Assembly: GCA_913043225.1 (NCBI GenBank)
Contig: CAJWLU010000001.1
Location: forward strand, 128,001-192,000
DNA length: 64,000 bases
Direction: 5' to 3'
DNA from: an uncultured Acidobacteriota bacterium
GTDB taxonomy: Bacteria > Acidobacteriota > Vicinamibacteria > Vicinamibacterales > UBA8438
Each line of letters opens with the position of its first letter. The first letter of the stretch is position 1. Below are positions 1-9,488 of this stretch, in pieces. Under the pieces are notes generated by a model. That model was not told the origin of the DNA. It saw nothing but the letters and a program-made list of their open reading frames with translations, and searched no databases. Position numbers and translations under genes: made by a program.

Positions 1-1
1 G

Positions 2-190
2 CTGGCCGGAGTGTCGCTGATGGTGTTCTTCGTGCTGGCTTGTCAGTGCATGAGCACGATCGTGGTCGTCAAGAAGGAAGCCGGCGGGTGGGGCTGGCCG
101 ATGTTCATGCTCGGCTACATGTCGGTGCTCGCCTACGGCGCGTCGCTGCTGGTCTATCAGACCGGACGGCTCATGGGCTGGGGACTCTGA
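2..190 (+). CDS. feoB: Ferrous iron transporter FeoB, C-terminal end (5'-truncated by window)
   Basis: Frame 2 reads LAGVSLMVFFVLACQCMSTIVVVKKEAGGWGWPMFMLGYMSVLAY...*, matching the FeoB C-terminal gate pattern (C-x-S-T...K/R-E-x-G-x-W-x-W). Not in the ORF track because the start is missing. Confidence 0.85.
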   Translation: MAGVSLMVFFVLACQCMSTIVVVKKEAGGWGWPMFMLGYMSVLAYGASLLVYQTGRLMGWGL

Positions 191-192
191 GA

Positions 193-363
193 ATGACCTG
201 GCAGGAACCGATCGCCGCCCTCGTCGTGGCCTGGGCCGTCGTTTCGCTCTACCGGCACCTCCGGAACCTGGTCGGTCCCCCCAAACCCGATGTCCCGAAG
301 ACGGACTGTCACAGCTGCGCCGGGGAAGAACAAGCGTCGAGCACGCCTCTCCCACGGCGCTGA
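193..363 (+). CDS. Small FeoB-associated Cys-containing membrane protein
   Basis: ATG 2 nt after the feoB stop; MTWQEPIAALVVAWAVVSLYRHLR (one TM helix) followed by CHSC; typical of the small genes that follow feoB. Confidence 0.7.
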   Translation: MTWQEPIAALVVAWAVVSLYRHLRNLVGPPKPDVPKTDCHSCAGEEQASSTPLPRR

Positions 364-370
364 CCCGGCC

Positions 371-1129
371 TCAGTCGCGGCTCTGCAGCTTCGCCAGCAG
401 CCGCAGAATCTCCAAATACAGCCAGATTAGGGTCACGAGCAGGCCGAAAGCTCCGTACCACTCCATGTACTTCGGCGCGCCTCGTTCGGCTCCTTCTTCG
501 ATGAAATCGAAGTCAAGCACCAGGTTCAGGGCGGCTATCACCACCACGAACACGCTGAACAGGATACCGAACATCCCGCTGGAGTGAACGAGCGGGATGC
601 TCATGCCGAAGATCCCGAGGACGAAGTTAGCTAGATACACCAGGCCGATTCCCCCGGTGGCGGCGAACACACCGAGCTTGAAGTTCTCGGTGGCCTTGAT
701 CAGGCCGCTCCGATACGCCAGCAGCAGCGCCGCGAGCGTGCCGAAAGTGAGAAACACCGCCTGGGCCACGATGCCGGGATAGGCCTGCTCGAAGAAGAAA
801 GAGATGCCGCCCAGAGCCAACCCTTCGAGCGCCGCATAAAGCGGGGTGGTGATCGGCGCCCAAGTCTGCTTGAACGCAGTGACGAGCGCCACGACCAAAC
901 CGCCCAGGATACCGCCCCAGATAAGAAAGGTCGGCACGTCGCCAGAGGCCGCCCGCCCCCACACGTACATGGCGGCGGTGAACAGCACCACCAGCGACAT
1001 CGCGGTCTTGTTGACCGTGCCCCCGATGGTCATCGTCTCCGATTCCACCCGGGGAAGCGGCGGCACACGGGTAAAGGTGTCGGCGCCGAGCGCCGGATTG
1101 CCTGACCGCAGGGCGAGATGCGCGGACAT
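371..1129 (-). CDS. Bax inhibitor-1/YccA family membrane protein
   Basis: About 7 TM helices; motifs SGNPAL, MTIGGTVNKT, LNLVLDFDFIE, EWYGAFGLLVTLIWLYLEILRLL. Confidence 0.85.
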   Translation of the reverse strand: MSAHLALRSGNPALGADTFTRVPPLPRVESETMTIGGTVNKTAMSLVVLFTAAMYVWGRAASGDVPTFLIWGGILGGLVVALVTAFKQTWAPITTPLYAALEGLALGGISFFFEQAYPGIVAQAVFLTFGTLAALLLAYRSGLIKATENFKLGVFAATGGIGLVYLANFVLGIFGMSIPLVHSSGMFGILFSVFVVVIAALNLVLDFDFIEEGAERGAPKYMEWYGAFGLLVTLIWLYLEILRLLAKLQSRD

Positions 1130-1247
1130 CGTCTACTCCTCCACGACGGCGTTAGTGCGGCGCCGTCATAATAGTGAGAGGGTACCGGCTCGCACGCCGG
1201 TTCCCAAGACACACTCTACCAGCTCAGCTCAGTCCGCCCCCCATTTA

Positions 1248-3146
1248 ATGGAACCGCACGCACATCCCGAGCTCACCGTCGCCCTCGCACTCGCCGCCGG
1301 CATCCTGGCGCAGTCGGTGTCGAGGCTGATCAGGTTCCCCGGCATCGTGCTGCTACTGGCCGGCGGCGCATTGCTGGGACCGGAAGGGCTCGGGTGGCTG
1401 CAGCCGCGAGCCCTCGGCGACGGTCTGTTCGGCATCGTCGAGTTCGGCATCGCCATCATCCTGTTTGAAGGTGGCCTAAACCTCCAGTGGTCGCGGCTCA
1501 AGCGTCAGGAGGCGCCGATCCGACGACTCATCACCACCGGCGCACTCGTCACTCTCGTCGGCGCGGCTCTGCTCGCCGCCCTCGTCCTCGGATGGAGCCT
1601 GCACCTCGCTCTCCTCTTCGGGGCTCTCGTCGTGGTAACCGGGCCCACCGTGATCCAACCGCTCCTGCGAGACATGCGGCTGCGGCCGCGGGTCAAGACG
1701 GTGCTGGAAGCCGAGGGGGTCCTGATCGACCCGATCGGTGCCCTGGCCGCCGGATTCATCCTACAGTTCGTCGTCGCGCCCCGCGTGATGACCCTCGCCT
1801 CGGAAACGCTGAGCGTGATCGTTAGCATCGGCTTCGGCCTGGTGGTGGGGCTCGCGGCCGGCTTCCTACTTGCGGTAGCGCTCCGATATCGCCGCCCTAT
1901 AGCCGCCGGCCACGAGAACGTGTTCACACTGGCCTCTGTGGTGCTACTCTTCGAGGCCTGCAACACCCTGATTGAGCCGAGCGGTCTGGTAGCGGTCACC
2001 GTGGCCGGGGTCGTCATCGGCAACATGGAAACCCGGGTAGGCCACGAACTTCGAGAGTTCAAGGACCAGCTGACGGTGCTGCTGGTGGGGATGCTGTTCA
2101 TCCTGCTCGCCGCCGACGTAGCGCTGGCCGACATCCGAGCACTGGGTCGCGGCGGCGCCATCGTCGTCGCCGGCCTCATCCTGGTGGTCAGGCCACTCTG
2201 CGTTTGGTTCGCAACGCGCGACTCTCGCCTCACAACCAAGGAGCGGATTTTCGTGGGCGCTATCGCGCCCCGTGGCATCGTGGCGGCTGCCATCGCCTCG
2301 GTCACGGCCGCGGCGCTCGACAGTCAGGGTGTCGACGGTGGCACTCCGCTCCGGGCGCTAGTCTTCTCGACCATCGCCGGCACGGTGATACTCTCGGGCC
2401 TGCTTGCCTACCCGCTCGCTTGGATCCTCGATCTCCGTCTGCCTCGGCGTGATCGGATCGCTATCCTGGGTGCTCACGGTCTGGGAGTGCCGCTGGGCGA
2501 CGCACTCCGGGACGGCGGGTTGACAGTCTCCTTCATCGAGCCGGATCCGAGACGCTCGCACACCGCGGAGCAGTCGGGCCACACCGTGGTCTTCGGCGAT
2601 CCCCTCGACGAGCGCACGCTGCAGCGGGCCCGGATGGAACTGGTCGGCTCGGTCGTGGGGCTGACCTTCAACGAACATGCGAACAGCCTGTTCGTACGGG
2701 AAGCGAGAGAACACTACGGGATCAAGCGCGCTTTCGTCGCCATGCACTCGACCGACGAGCAGGCGTCGCAGCTGGTCCGTCGGGCCGGAGTCAGCATGCT
2801 CTTTGATGGCCCCCATGACCAGGCGCGGTGGGACGTCCGCTGGCGTCACGGCGAGTTGGTGGTCGGCCACTTCGAGTACCGGCCGGATGCCGCTGGAGAG
2901 CCCCCCCCCGGCTCGGTCCCGCTGGCCGGCGCCGACCCTCGGTCAGAGCCACAGGAACCGTTCGCGTTCCTGACCGTGCAGCGAGGAAGACGGATCGGGC
3001 CATACCACGCCGAGCACGAACCGCAGCCAGGCGACCGCAGCGTCGTCGCCTTGCACACGCCGGTCCTCGACGAGGCGAGACGTATGCTCGCCGCCACCGG
3101 GTGGCAACCGGTCGAGGAGAGGCCCTTGCTTTCTCCGACCGTCTGA
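1248..3146 (+). CDS. NhaP-type (CPA1) cation:proton antiporter with C-terminal TrkA-N/RCK domain
   Basis: ILFEGGL, VTGPTVI, EGVLIDPIG and APRGIVAAA motifs; C-terminal IAILGAHGLG...VVFGD Rossmann-like domain. Start moved to ATG 1248. Confidence 0.85.
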   Translation: MEPHAHPELTVALALAAGILAQSVSRLIRFPGIVLLLAGGALLGPEGLGWLQPRALGDGLFGIVEFGIAIILFEGGLNLQWSRLKRQEAPIRRLITTGALVTLVGAALLAALVLGWSLHLALLFGALVVVTGPTVIQPLLRDMRLRPRVKTVLEAEGVLIDPIGALAAGFILQFVVAPRVMTLASETLSVIVSIGFGLVVGLAAGFLLAVALRYRRPIAAGHENVFTLASVVLLFEACNTLIEPSGLVAVTVAGVVIGNMETRVGHELREFKDQLTVLLVGMLFILLAADVALADIRALGRGGAIVVAGLILVVRPLCVWFATRDSRLTTKERIFVGAIAPRGIVAAAIASVTAAALDSQGVDGGTPLRALVFSTIAGTVILSGLLAYPLAWILDLRLPRRDRIAILGAHGLGVPLGDALRDGGLTVSFIEPDPRRSHTAEQSGHTVVFGDPLDERTLQRARMELVGSVVGLTFNEHANSLFVREAREHYGIKRAFVAMHSTDEQASQLVRRAGVSMLFDGPHDQARWDVRWRHGELVVGHFEYRPDAAGEPPPGSVPLAGADPRSEPQEPFAFLTVQRGRRIGPYHAEHEPQPGDRSVVALHTPVLDEARRMLAATGWQPVEERPLLSPTV

Positions 3147-3230
3147 CGACGAGCTCCTCGGTCTGCTCCGCTGGTGCAGCTGCGTGGGTGCCTGCCAGAA
3201 CGAGTCGCTCGAGATCGCGTGAGAGGTCTC

Positions 3231-4682
3231 TCAGGCCAGCTCGGTCAGCGTCGCGGCGACAAGGCAGTAGAACCGCTCAACCGAGGCGATATGCACCCGC
3301 TCATCGGGCGAATGCGGAAACTCGATCTGTGGCCCGAACGAGATCATGTCCATGCCTGGCACCTTCTTGCCGAGGATGCCGCACTCGAGTCCCGCGTGTA
3401 TCGCCTTGACCTCGGGCTCGCCCCCAAGCTCACGCCGATGCACGGCTTTCATCACCTCGAGCAAATGTGACTCGAGGTCCGGCTTCCAGCCGGGATACGC
3501 GTTGTCTTCCTCTACCTCGGCGCCCGCTAAGAGTCCGATCGCGCGCACCCGCCGGCGGAGCGCCTCGAGCGCGGTATCGATGGAGGAGCGGCTGCTCAGC
3601 CCGATCCGTAGGGTGCCGTCCGCTTCCTTTATCGTCGCCAGATTGACGCTGGTCTCGACCAGGTCAGGAATGTCGTAGCTCATCGCCTCGACGCCATGAG
3701 GCATGGCGTTGATCAGCCGCAGTATCTGCTTGGTCGTCGTCTGGTTCCAGACCGAGTCGGGCGAGGCCGTATCCTCGACCGCCACGTCCATGTCCGGGTC
3801 GGCCGGACCGTACTCGGTGCCGATGGCAGCCATCTCCTGCTCAACGGCAGCCATCACCGCCGCCCGGCCCACCTGCTCGACCACCAGAGTGGCGAACGCC
3901 TCCCGGGGGATGGCATTGTGGGCACTCCCGCCGTCAATGGCAGCGAGCCGGAACGGGGTGTCGGCGTACGCCGCCGACAGGACCCGACCGAGCAGCTTCA
4001 CGGCGTTCCCGCGCTGCAGATGGATATCGCAGCCCGAGTGGCCGCCCTTGAACCCGGTCAACGCCACCGAAAGAGCCATAGTCCTGGCCTCCGGCGGCTC
4101 GGAGGCCAGCGACACCACGACCTGGCTGTCGCCCCCACCGGCGCACCCGACGTAGACGATGCCATCCTCCTCTGAATCCAGATTGATCAGCTGTCGCCCC
4201 TGCAGCAGGCCAGCGTCGAGCTCGGCCGCACCGGTCAGGCCCGTTTCCTCGTCGATCGTGAACAGCAGCTCCAGCGGTCCGTGGGCAAACGCGGTGTCGC
4301 CCATCAACGCCAGCATCGTGGCCACGCCGATCCCGTTGTCGGAGCCGAGCGTAGTGCCGTCGGCGGTCAGGTAGTCGCCGTCACGGACGGGCACAATCGC
4401 GTCGGAGGTGAAGTCGAATGCAACATCCGAGTTCTTTTCCTGCACCATGTCGAGATGCGACTGCAGGATAGTAACCGTGGCGCCTTCCCGCCCCGGTGTC
4501 GCGGGCTTACGCACCACGACATTGCCAGCGGCGTCCACCTGATGTGGGAGGCCGTGTCGGATCGCCTCGGCGATGACGTGGTTCCGCATCCGGTCTTCGT
4601 CTTTAGAGGCTCTCGGGATGGTCAGAATGGTGTCAAAATGCTGCCAGACGACCGTGGGCTCGAGTTCCGCGACGAAGGTCAT
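3231..4682 (-). CDS. pepD: Aminoacyl-histidine dipeptidase (peptidase M20C)
   Basis: LQSHLDMV, GTTLGSDNGIG, DEETGLTGA, INLDSEE, GGHSG, IHAGLECG, HSPDER motifs; start at ATG 4682. Confidence 0.92.
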   Translation of the reverse strand: MTFVAELEPTVVWQHFDTILTIPRASKDEDRMRNHVIAEAIRHGLPHQVDAAGNVVVRKPATPGREGATVTILQSHLDMVQEKNSDVAFDFTSDAIVPVRDGDYLTADGTTLGSDNGIGVATMLALMGDTAFAHGPLELLFTIDEETGLTGAAELDAGLLQGRQLINLDSEEDGIVYVGCAGGGDSQVVVSLASEPPEARTMALSVALTGFKGGHSGCDIHLQRGNAVKLLGRVLSAAYADTPFRLAAIDGGSAHNAIPREAFATLVVEQVGRAAVMAAVEQEMAAIGTEYGPADPDMDVAVEDTASPDSVWNQTTTKQILRLINAMPHGVEAMSYDIPDLVETSVNLATIKEADGTLRIGLSSRSSIDTALEALRRRVRAIGLLAGAEVEEDNAYPGWKPDLESHLLEVMKAVHRRELGGEPEVKAIHAGLECGILGKKVPGMDMISFGPQIEFPHSPDERVHIASVERFYCLVAATLTELA

Positions 4683-4770
4683 CTCTAGGTTCTCCCGGGT
4701 GGACCAATATCCGGAGGTGAGCATCGGAAGACACGCACCCACGGTTCAACTATCATCAGACTACTCGATC

Positions 4771-5574
4771 ATGTGGAGCCCCCGCAGCGTCCGGCTGACC
4801 GTCACCCTGTGGGTGTATATCCTGGTACTGGCCGTGTCAGCGGCGGCCCAGAACCGGCCGAATGGTAAGGCCGACGAGACCGAGAGCGCCTCACTCGAAC
4901 GGATCCGACAGGCCCTCGCCGTCGAACAGACCCCGCTTGGCCCCAGCCTCACCGAACTCGACTTCCGCGACCCGACGCTGTTCCTGAACGACGGCCGCGG
5001 CCGACGGGATCTCCCAGGGTTCCAGCTGGTTACCGGCATCGATGTGTGGTCCGCCACCAGCCCGGGCGGCAGCATTCCGCTAGGCGGCCCAACCCATCGA
5101 TCGATGCTGGACATGATGATTCCAGACGACGTGCGGGAAGTGGCCTCGAGCGACGTGCTGGGTATCGCAACCGCCTCGGCGTTCGCCGTGGTGCCCTACG
5201 CCGTGCGGTCCATCGCCAACCTGTTCCGCAGCGCGCCTGGTAACCGGATGGTGCCGGTGCTCGACGCGGGGCAGGAAACCAGCGTGGTCGAGGCAACGAT
5301 GACGGGCACCGAGATCCTGCACGCCGGCATCGACCAGTCAGGCCGGACCGTGGAGCTAAGTCTCGTGGTACCGGAACGCACCAGCGCCCGCCAGGCCCGC
5401 AGACTTGGCCGGCGGTTCGTGTGGCTCGTGAAGACGAACTCGCTGCACGAGCTGGACCCCGAGCGACTGCTCGGCGCCGGCGTCTTCGACTACATCGTGC
5501 GGGTGGTCACTCCCAGCAACAAGGTGCTCGCCGAAGGCGGCAAGAACACCACAGACGAACAACTAACCTGGTAG
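4771..5574 (+). CDS. Hypothetical exported protein
   Basis: Signal-peptide-like N-terminus (...LWVYILVLAVSAAA-Q); fills the gap between pepD and the next gene; no recognisable family. Confidence 0.6.
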   Translation: MWSPRSVRLTVTLWVYILVLAVSAAAQNRPNGKADETESASLERIRQALAVEQTPLGPSLTELDFRDPTLFLNDGRGRRDLPGFQLVTGIDVWSATSPGGSIPLGGPTHRSMLDMMIPDDVREVASSDVLGIATASAFAVVPYAVRSIANLFRSAPGNRMVPVLDAGQETSVVEATMTGTEILHAGIDQSGRTVELSLVVPERTSARQARRLGRRFVWLVKTNSLHELDPERLLGAGVFDYIVRVVTPSNKVLAEGGKNTTDEQLTW

Positions 5575-5587
5575 GTTCTCCGGGAAC

Positions 5588-6862
5588 CTAGTCAGTGCCG
5601 CCGTAGCGGGCGACACGCACGTCACAGGTGATGGCGTGGGCCAGCATCCGCTCGGTCTCGCACTGGCGCGCTGTCACCTTGCCTACCTCGACCGATGCCT
5701 CCGGCGTCATCTTCTGGTAGGTCACCGTCTTGAGAAACTTCCCGACCCAAACACCGCCGGTGTAGCGAGCTGAACGGCTCGTGGGCAGGATGTGATTGGT
5801 GCCGATCGCCTTATCCCCGTAGGCGACGGTCGTCTCCTCGCCGATGAAGAGCGAACCGTAGTTCCGGAGTCGGTCGTGGTAGTAGTCCACGTTGGCGACA
5901 TGGAGCTCTAGGTGCTCGGGCGCCCAGTCATCGCTGAGGGCGATCGCTTCATCCGGATCGTCGGCCACCACTACCCGACCGTTATCGCGCCAGGACACTC
6001 CGGCGATCTCGCGGGTCGGGAGCACCTCGAGCTGCCGTTCGATCTCGCCGAGCGCCTGGCAGCCGAACGCCTCGCTGAGACAGACGAGGATCTGGCCGCT
6101 GTTCGGGTCGTGCTCAGCCTGTCCCAGTAGGTCGCTCGCCACAAGTGACGGATCGGCAGTGTTGTCGGCGATGACCGCGATCTCAGTGGGTCCAGCCAGT
6201 AGATCCAGCCCGCACTGGCCGAAGAGCTGCCGCTTGGCCTCGGCCACGAACCGGTTGCCCGCGCCGCACAACATGTCGGCCGGCGGCACCACGCCCATGC
6301 CGTAAGCCATCATCGCGAACGCCTGCACCCCGCCGAGCACGAAGATGCGATCGGCGCCCGCCTGGCGCATCGCGTTGATGGTGGCGGGAAAGTAGCCTCG
6401 GCCCTTGATCGGCGGCGTGCAGCCCACCACGGTGTCAACGCCGGCCACCTTCGCTGGAATGATGCTCATCTGGGCCGAGCCGAACATCGGATAGCGTCCG
6501 CCCGGCACGTAGCTGCCGACGCAGCTTACCGGAATGTGGCGATGCCCGAGCACCACGCCGGGCCGGATCTCGGTTTCGAGCGGCAACAGCGTCTCGAGCT
6601 GGGCCTCGGCGAAGGCGCGCACGTTGCCCTGGCAGAATCCGGTGTCGGCCAGCACCTGCGGGTCGCACTTCCCGATCGCCTCCTGGATCTCGGCCTCGCT
6701 CAGCTCGAAGTCGGCCGGAGCCCACTCGTCGAACTTCCGGCTGTATTCACGAACCGCATCCACACCCCGAGCCCGGAGGTCACGCAGCAAATCGGCCACG
6801 TATCTAGTGGTTTCTTCATCTTCCTCGAACAGGCGATGACCGCCATCTTTGAGTATCTGCAT
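5588..6862 (-). CDS. Histidinol dehydrogenase paralogue, HpsN (sulfopropanediol 3-dehydrogenase)-like clade
   Basis: YVPGGRYP, GNRFVAEAKR, QAEH, APEHLEL; GEETTVAYGDKAIGTNHILPT follows the HpsN-type YGDK pattern rather than the HisD GDY pattern; no other his genes nearby. Confidence 0.8.
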   Translation of the reverse strand: MQILKDGGHRLFEEDEETTRYVADLLRDLRARGVDAVREYSRKFDEWAPADFELSEAEIQEAIGKCDPQVLADTGFCQGNVRAFAEAQLETLLPLETEIRPGVVLGHRHIPVSCVGSYVPGGRYPMFGSAQMSIIPAKVAGVDTVVGCTPPIKGRGYFPATINAMRQAGADRIFVLGGVQAFAMMAYGMGVVPPADMLCGAGNRFVAEAKRQLFGQCGLDLLAGPTEIAVIADNTADPSLVASDLLGQAEHDPNSGQILVCLSEAFGCQALGEIERQLEVLPTREIAGVSWRDNGRVVVADDPDEAIALSDDWAPEHLELHVANVDYYHDRLRNYGSLFIGEETTVAYGDKAIGTNHILPTSRSARYTGGVWVGKFLKTVTYQKMTPEASVEVGKVTARQCETERMLAHAITCDVRVARYGGTD

Positions 6863-7055
6863 GCGCTCAGCTCGTCACTGCTCTGTCTCGCAGGTCTGGC
6901 TACAGGTTACCGGCAATGCCTGGCGAGTATCAGTCGGCACTGTCTGGCAGTCCGATAAGTAGGTGGCACCGGACTGCCGGCTACGGGCTATAGGAAACCT
7001 CGAGCGCCTGAAGCTTGGAGCCTGAAGTCCACAGGCGTGAGGATATCAACGCCCG

Positions 7056-8543
7056 TCATAGATCCATCACTCCCTCGATGTCGGGATCGAGGCGCGGGGG
7101 TGGCGATACCAGGGAGATACCAAAGAACAGAGTCAGCGACAGCAGCAGCGCCACGAAGCCGGCGTTGATACCGTAGGGCACTGCGATCCCCAACAGCTCG
7201 ATGCCGAAGTTCACGACGAGGCTGGTCACAATGGCCACGTTAGCCGCCGTCGCGGTGGCCCGTTTCCAGTTGAAGCCGATGGCCACGGTCGGCACGAGCG
7301 CCGCCGCGAAGGTACCCCACCCGAACGCCCCCAGCAACGCCACCAGGTCCTGGCGCGAATAGAGCACGAACACGGCGGAGCCGACCGCGAGGAGCACGGT
7401 GGCCACCCGCGCCCAGAACAGCTCGTTCGACAGCGACCGACCGGTCAGCGCACGCGGGATATCGTGAACCACGGCTGCCGCGCCGAGATTGAGGAAACTG
7501 TCGGCAGTTGACATGATGGCGGCGAACAAGCCGGCGAACACGACCCCGGCCAACATCGGCCCGGCGTGGAACTGGAGAAACTGCGGTGCCGCCTCGTCTG
7601 GGCCGGCCAGTTCGGGATGCCCCCCCTGGATGACCAGCGCGCGCATCGCCAATCCGATGCTCAGCCAGAGCAGCGAGCAGAGCGCATAGCCGGCGGCGCT
7701 GACCGGAAGCGTACGGCGGGCGTCCTCGACCCGCTTGTTCATCATCAGCTTGGTGATGACATGCGGCTGCCCCGCCATCCCAAGCACGAAGACCACGAAC
7801 CAGGACAGCGCGCCGATCATACCCAGGGTGCCCCACGGACTGATCGACTCCGGGTCGTCTTCGAGTAGCGTCGTGGCGATCCCAGCGAGGCCGCCATCGA
7901 CCGCTGTGATGGCCGCGAAAAAGACGAAGATCGCCGCCACGATCATGATGGCGCCCTGCACTAGGTCGGTGTAGACCGACGCCAGGATACCGCCTGTCAC
8001 GCAGTAGAACACCAGCACGGCACAGGCGATCGCCATGCATGTAATCAACGATACGTCGGGGATGAACGAGACGTTGTTCAGTACGTCCCGCAACACCGTG
8101 GCCATGGCCAGAATCTGGGTGCCGAGATAGCCGACTACGCCTAGCAGGATGGCGATGGCGGTAAGCAGACGCGCGCGTTCGCTGTTGTAACGCGCCGCCA
8201 CGGCATCTGGCAGCGAGATCGACTCGCGCAGCTCGGCCACCATCCGCAGACGCTTGGCCAGGAGATAGAAGACACAGCAGAACCCAAGCGGCGCGATCAC
8301 TGTCATCCAGGCCGAGCTGAGCCCCATCCGGTAGACCAGACCTGGGCCACCGACGAACCCGAAACCGCTCATCGTGCTGGAAAAGACGGCCAGGCCGGTG
8401 ACCAGGATTCCCAGATCCCGTCCGGCCATGAAGAAGTCGCGAGTGGAGGTAGTACGACGCAGGGCCCACAGTCCCACCCCGATGCACATCGCCAAATAAC
8501 CGGCCACCCAGGCGAGCACGATGAGGGGGCGTGAGTCGTCCAT
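7056..8543 (-). CDS. Sodium:solute symporter (SSS; PutP/PanF-like)
   Basis: DFFMAGR, MSGFGFVGGPG, GGILASVYTDLVQG, GQPH, AAIMSTADS; about 13 TM helices. Alternative GTG start at 8552 overlaps the upstream stop. Confidence 0.9.
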   Translation of the reverse strand: MDDSRPLIVLAWVAGYLAMCIGVGLWALRRTTSTRDFFMAGRDLGILVTGLAVFSSTMSGFGFVGGPGLVYRMGLSSAWMTVIAPLGFCCVFYLLAKRLRMVAELRESISLPDAVAARYNSERARLLTAIAILLGVVGYLGTQILAMATVLRDVLNNVSFIPDVSLITCMAIACAVLVFYCVTGGILASVYTDLVQGAIMIVAAIFVFFAAITAVDGGLAGIATTLLEDDPESISPWGTLGMIGALSWFVVFVLGMAGQPHVITKLMMNKRVEDARRTLPVSAAGYALCSLLWLSIGLAMRALVIQGGHPELAGPDEAAPQFLQFHAGPMLAGVVFAGLFAAIMSTADSFLNLGAAAVVHDIPRALTGRSLSNELFWARVATVLLAVGSAVFVLYSRQDLVALLGAFGWGTFAAALVPTVAIGFNWKRATATAANVAIVTSLVVNFGIELLGIAVPYGINAGFVALLLSLTLFFGISLVSPPPRLDPDIEGVMDL

Positions 8544-8548
8544 CAGCC

Positions 8549-9112
8549 TCACTCCGTGCGCGCCCGGCGCGCGGCCACGATCTCACGGAAGCGCGTCATG
8601 TCATCCGGGGTCACCACGGCCCGGTGGAAATACAGCACGAAGAGCACGACCACCAGGAACTGAGTAGGCCAGAAGGCGTAGATGAACCAAGCGGTCGGCA
8701 ACGGAAGCCCGAGCATTAGTGGCCCGCCCGGGTCGGCTAGATACCGCGCATAGGTGGCCACCATCAGGGTCAACAGCGTGGCCAGGGTAACGCCACTCAT
8801 CACCAACGGCCACCTGAGTAGGCCCGGGTGACGAAGCCCCATGAAGAGCGACCCGATAATCAGCGCCAGCTGCACAAGCGCGAACGCCCAGGCCATCCAC
8901 AGACGACCGCCATGCCGGGCCGGACCGTCGCCACCGTGGTCCATCGAAGGAAACCGCTCGTGCGAGGCGCCGTGCCCCAGATACACCCGCTCGACTTGGC
9001 CGTCGGTGACAACCTCTTCGCTCGGCTGCTCCTCGAGGACGAAGGTCAGCGCGAACAGGGCACAGAGCGCCAGTAGCAAACCGAACAACGCGCGCGCCAG
9101 GCGGTCGGGCAT
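8549..9112 (-). CDS. Membrane protein, probable small partner of the SSS transporter
   Basis: About 4 hydrophobic segments; LGLPLPTAWFIY near the C-terminus; stop abuts the symporter start. Confidence 0.6.
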   Translation of the reverse strand: MPDRLARALFGLLLALCALFALTFVLEEQPSEEVVTDGQVERVYLGHGASHERFPSMDHGGDGPARHGGRLWMAWAFALVQLALIIGSLFMGLRHPGLLRWPLVMSGVTLATLLTLMVATYARYLADPGGPLMLGLPLPTAWFIYAFWPTQFLVVVLFVLYFHRAVVTPDDMTRFREIVAARRARTE

Positions 9113-9175
9113 GAGAGGCGCAGTGTAGCGTGGTCGGGGAGTAGAATCGAACCGATGGGCAGGTCGAAGGGCACC

Positions 9176-9478
9176 ATGGCACCCTCGGCGGTCGACGGGC
9201 TGGTGGCTTTGCTGGACGAAAGCTACGACCGGCAGTCGTGGGACAGCCCGAATTTGCGGAACAGTCTCCGGGGGGTCGGCCCGGAGCCGGCCCGGAAGGA
9301 GTGCTTCGCATTGCTCGCCCAGCTGCGACCGCCAGTAACCGCACTCGATGTCCGTGATTTCCCTCGGCGACTGGGCCGGGGACGGGACACCGGCGGGAGC
9401 CTGGCGCGTGGCGAGACGGCCCACGATCTCTATCATGCCGGCCAGATCCGGCTCAACCGGCGTCTCCACGAGAGCTAG
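9176..9478 (+). pseudogene. Internally deleted, degenerate DinB-superfamily gene
   Basis: N-terminal LLDESYDRQSWDSPNLRNSLRGV and C-terminal AHDLYHAGQI match DinB-family ends, but the central region with the first His ligand is absent; only 100 aa. Confidence 0.55.
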
Positions 9479-9488
9479 GAGACTCACT

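Noticed and set aside
5588..6862. Calling this gene hisD
   Set aside because: Signature residues and context fit the HpsN-like paralogue clade better, so no symbol was assigned.
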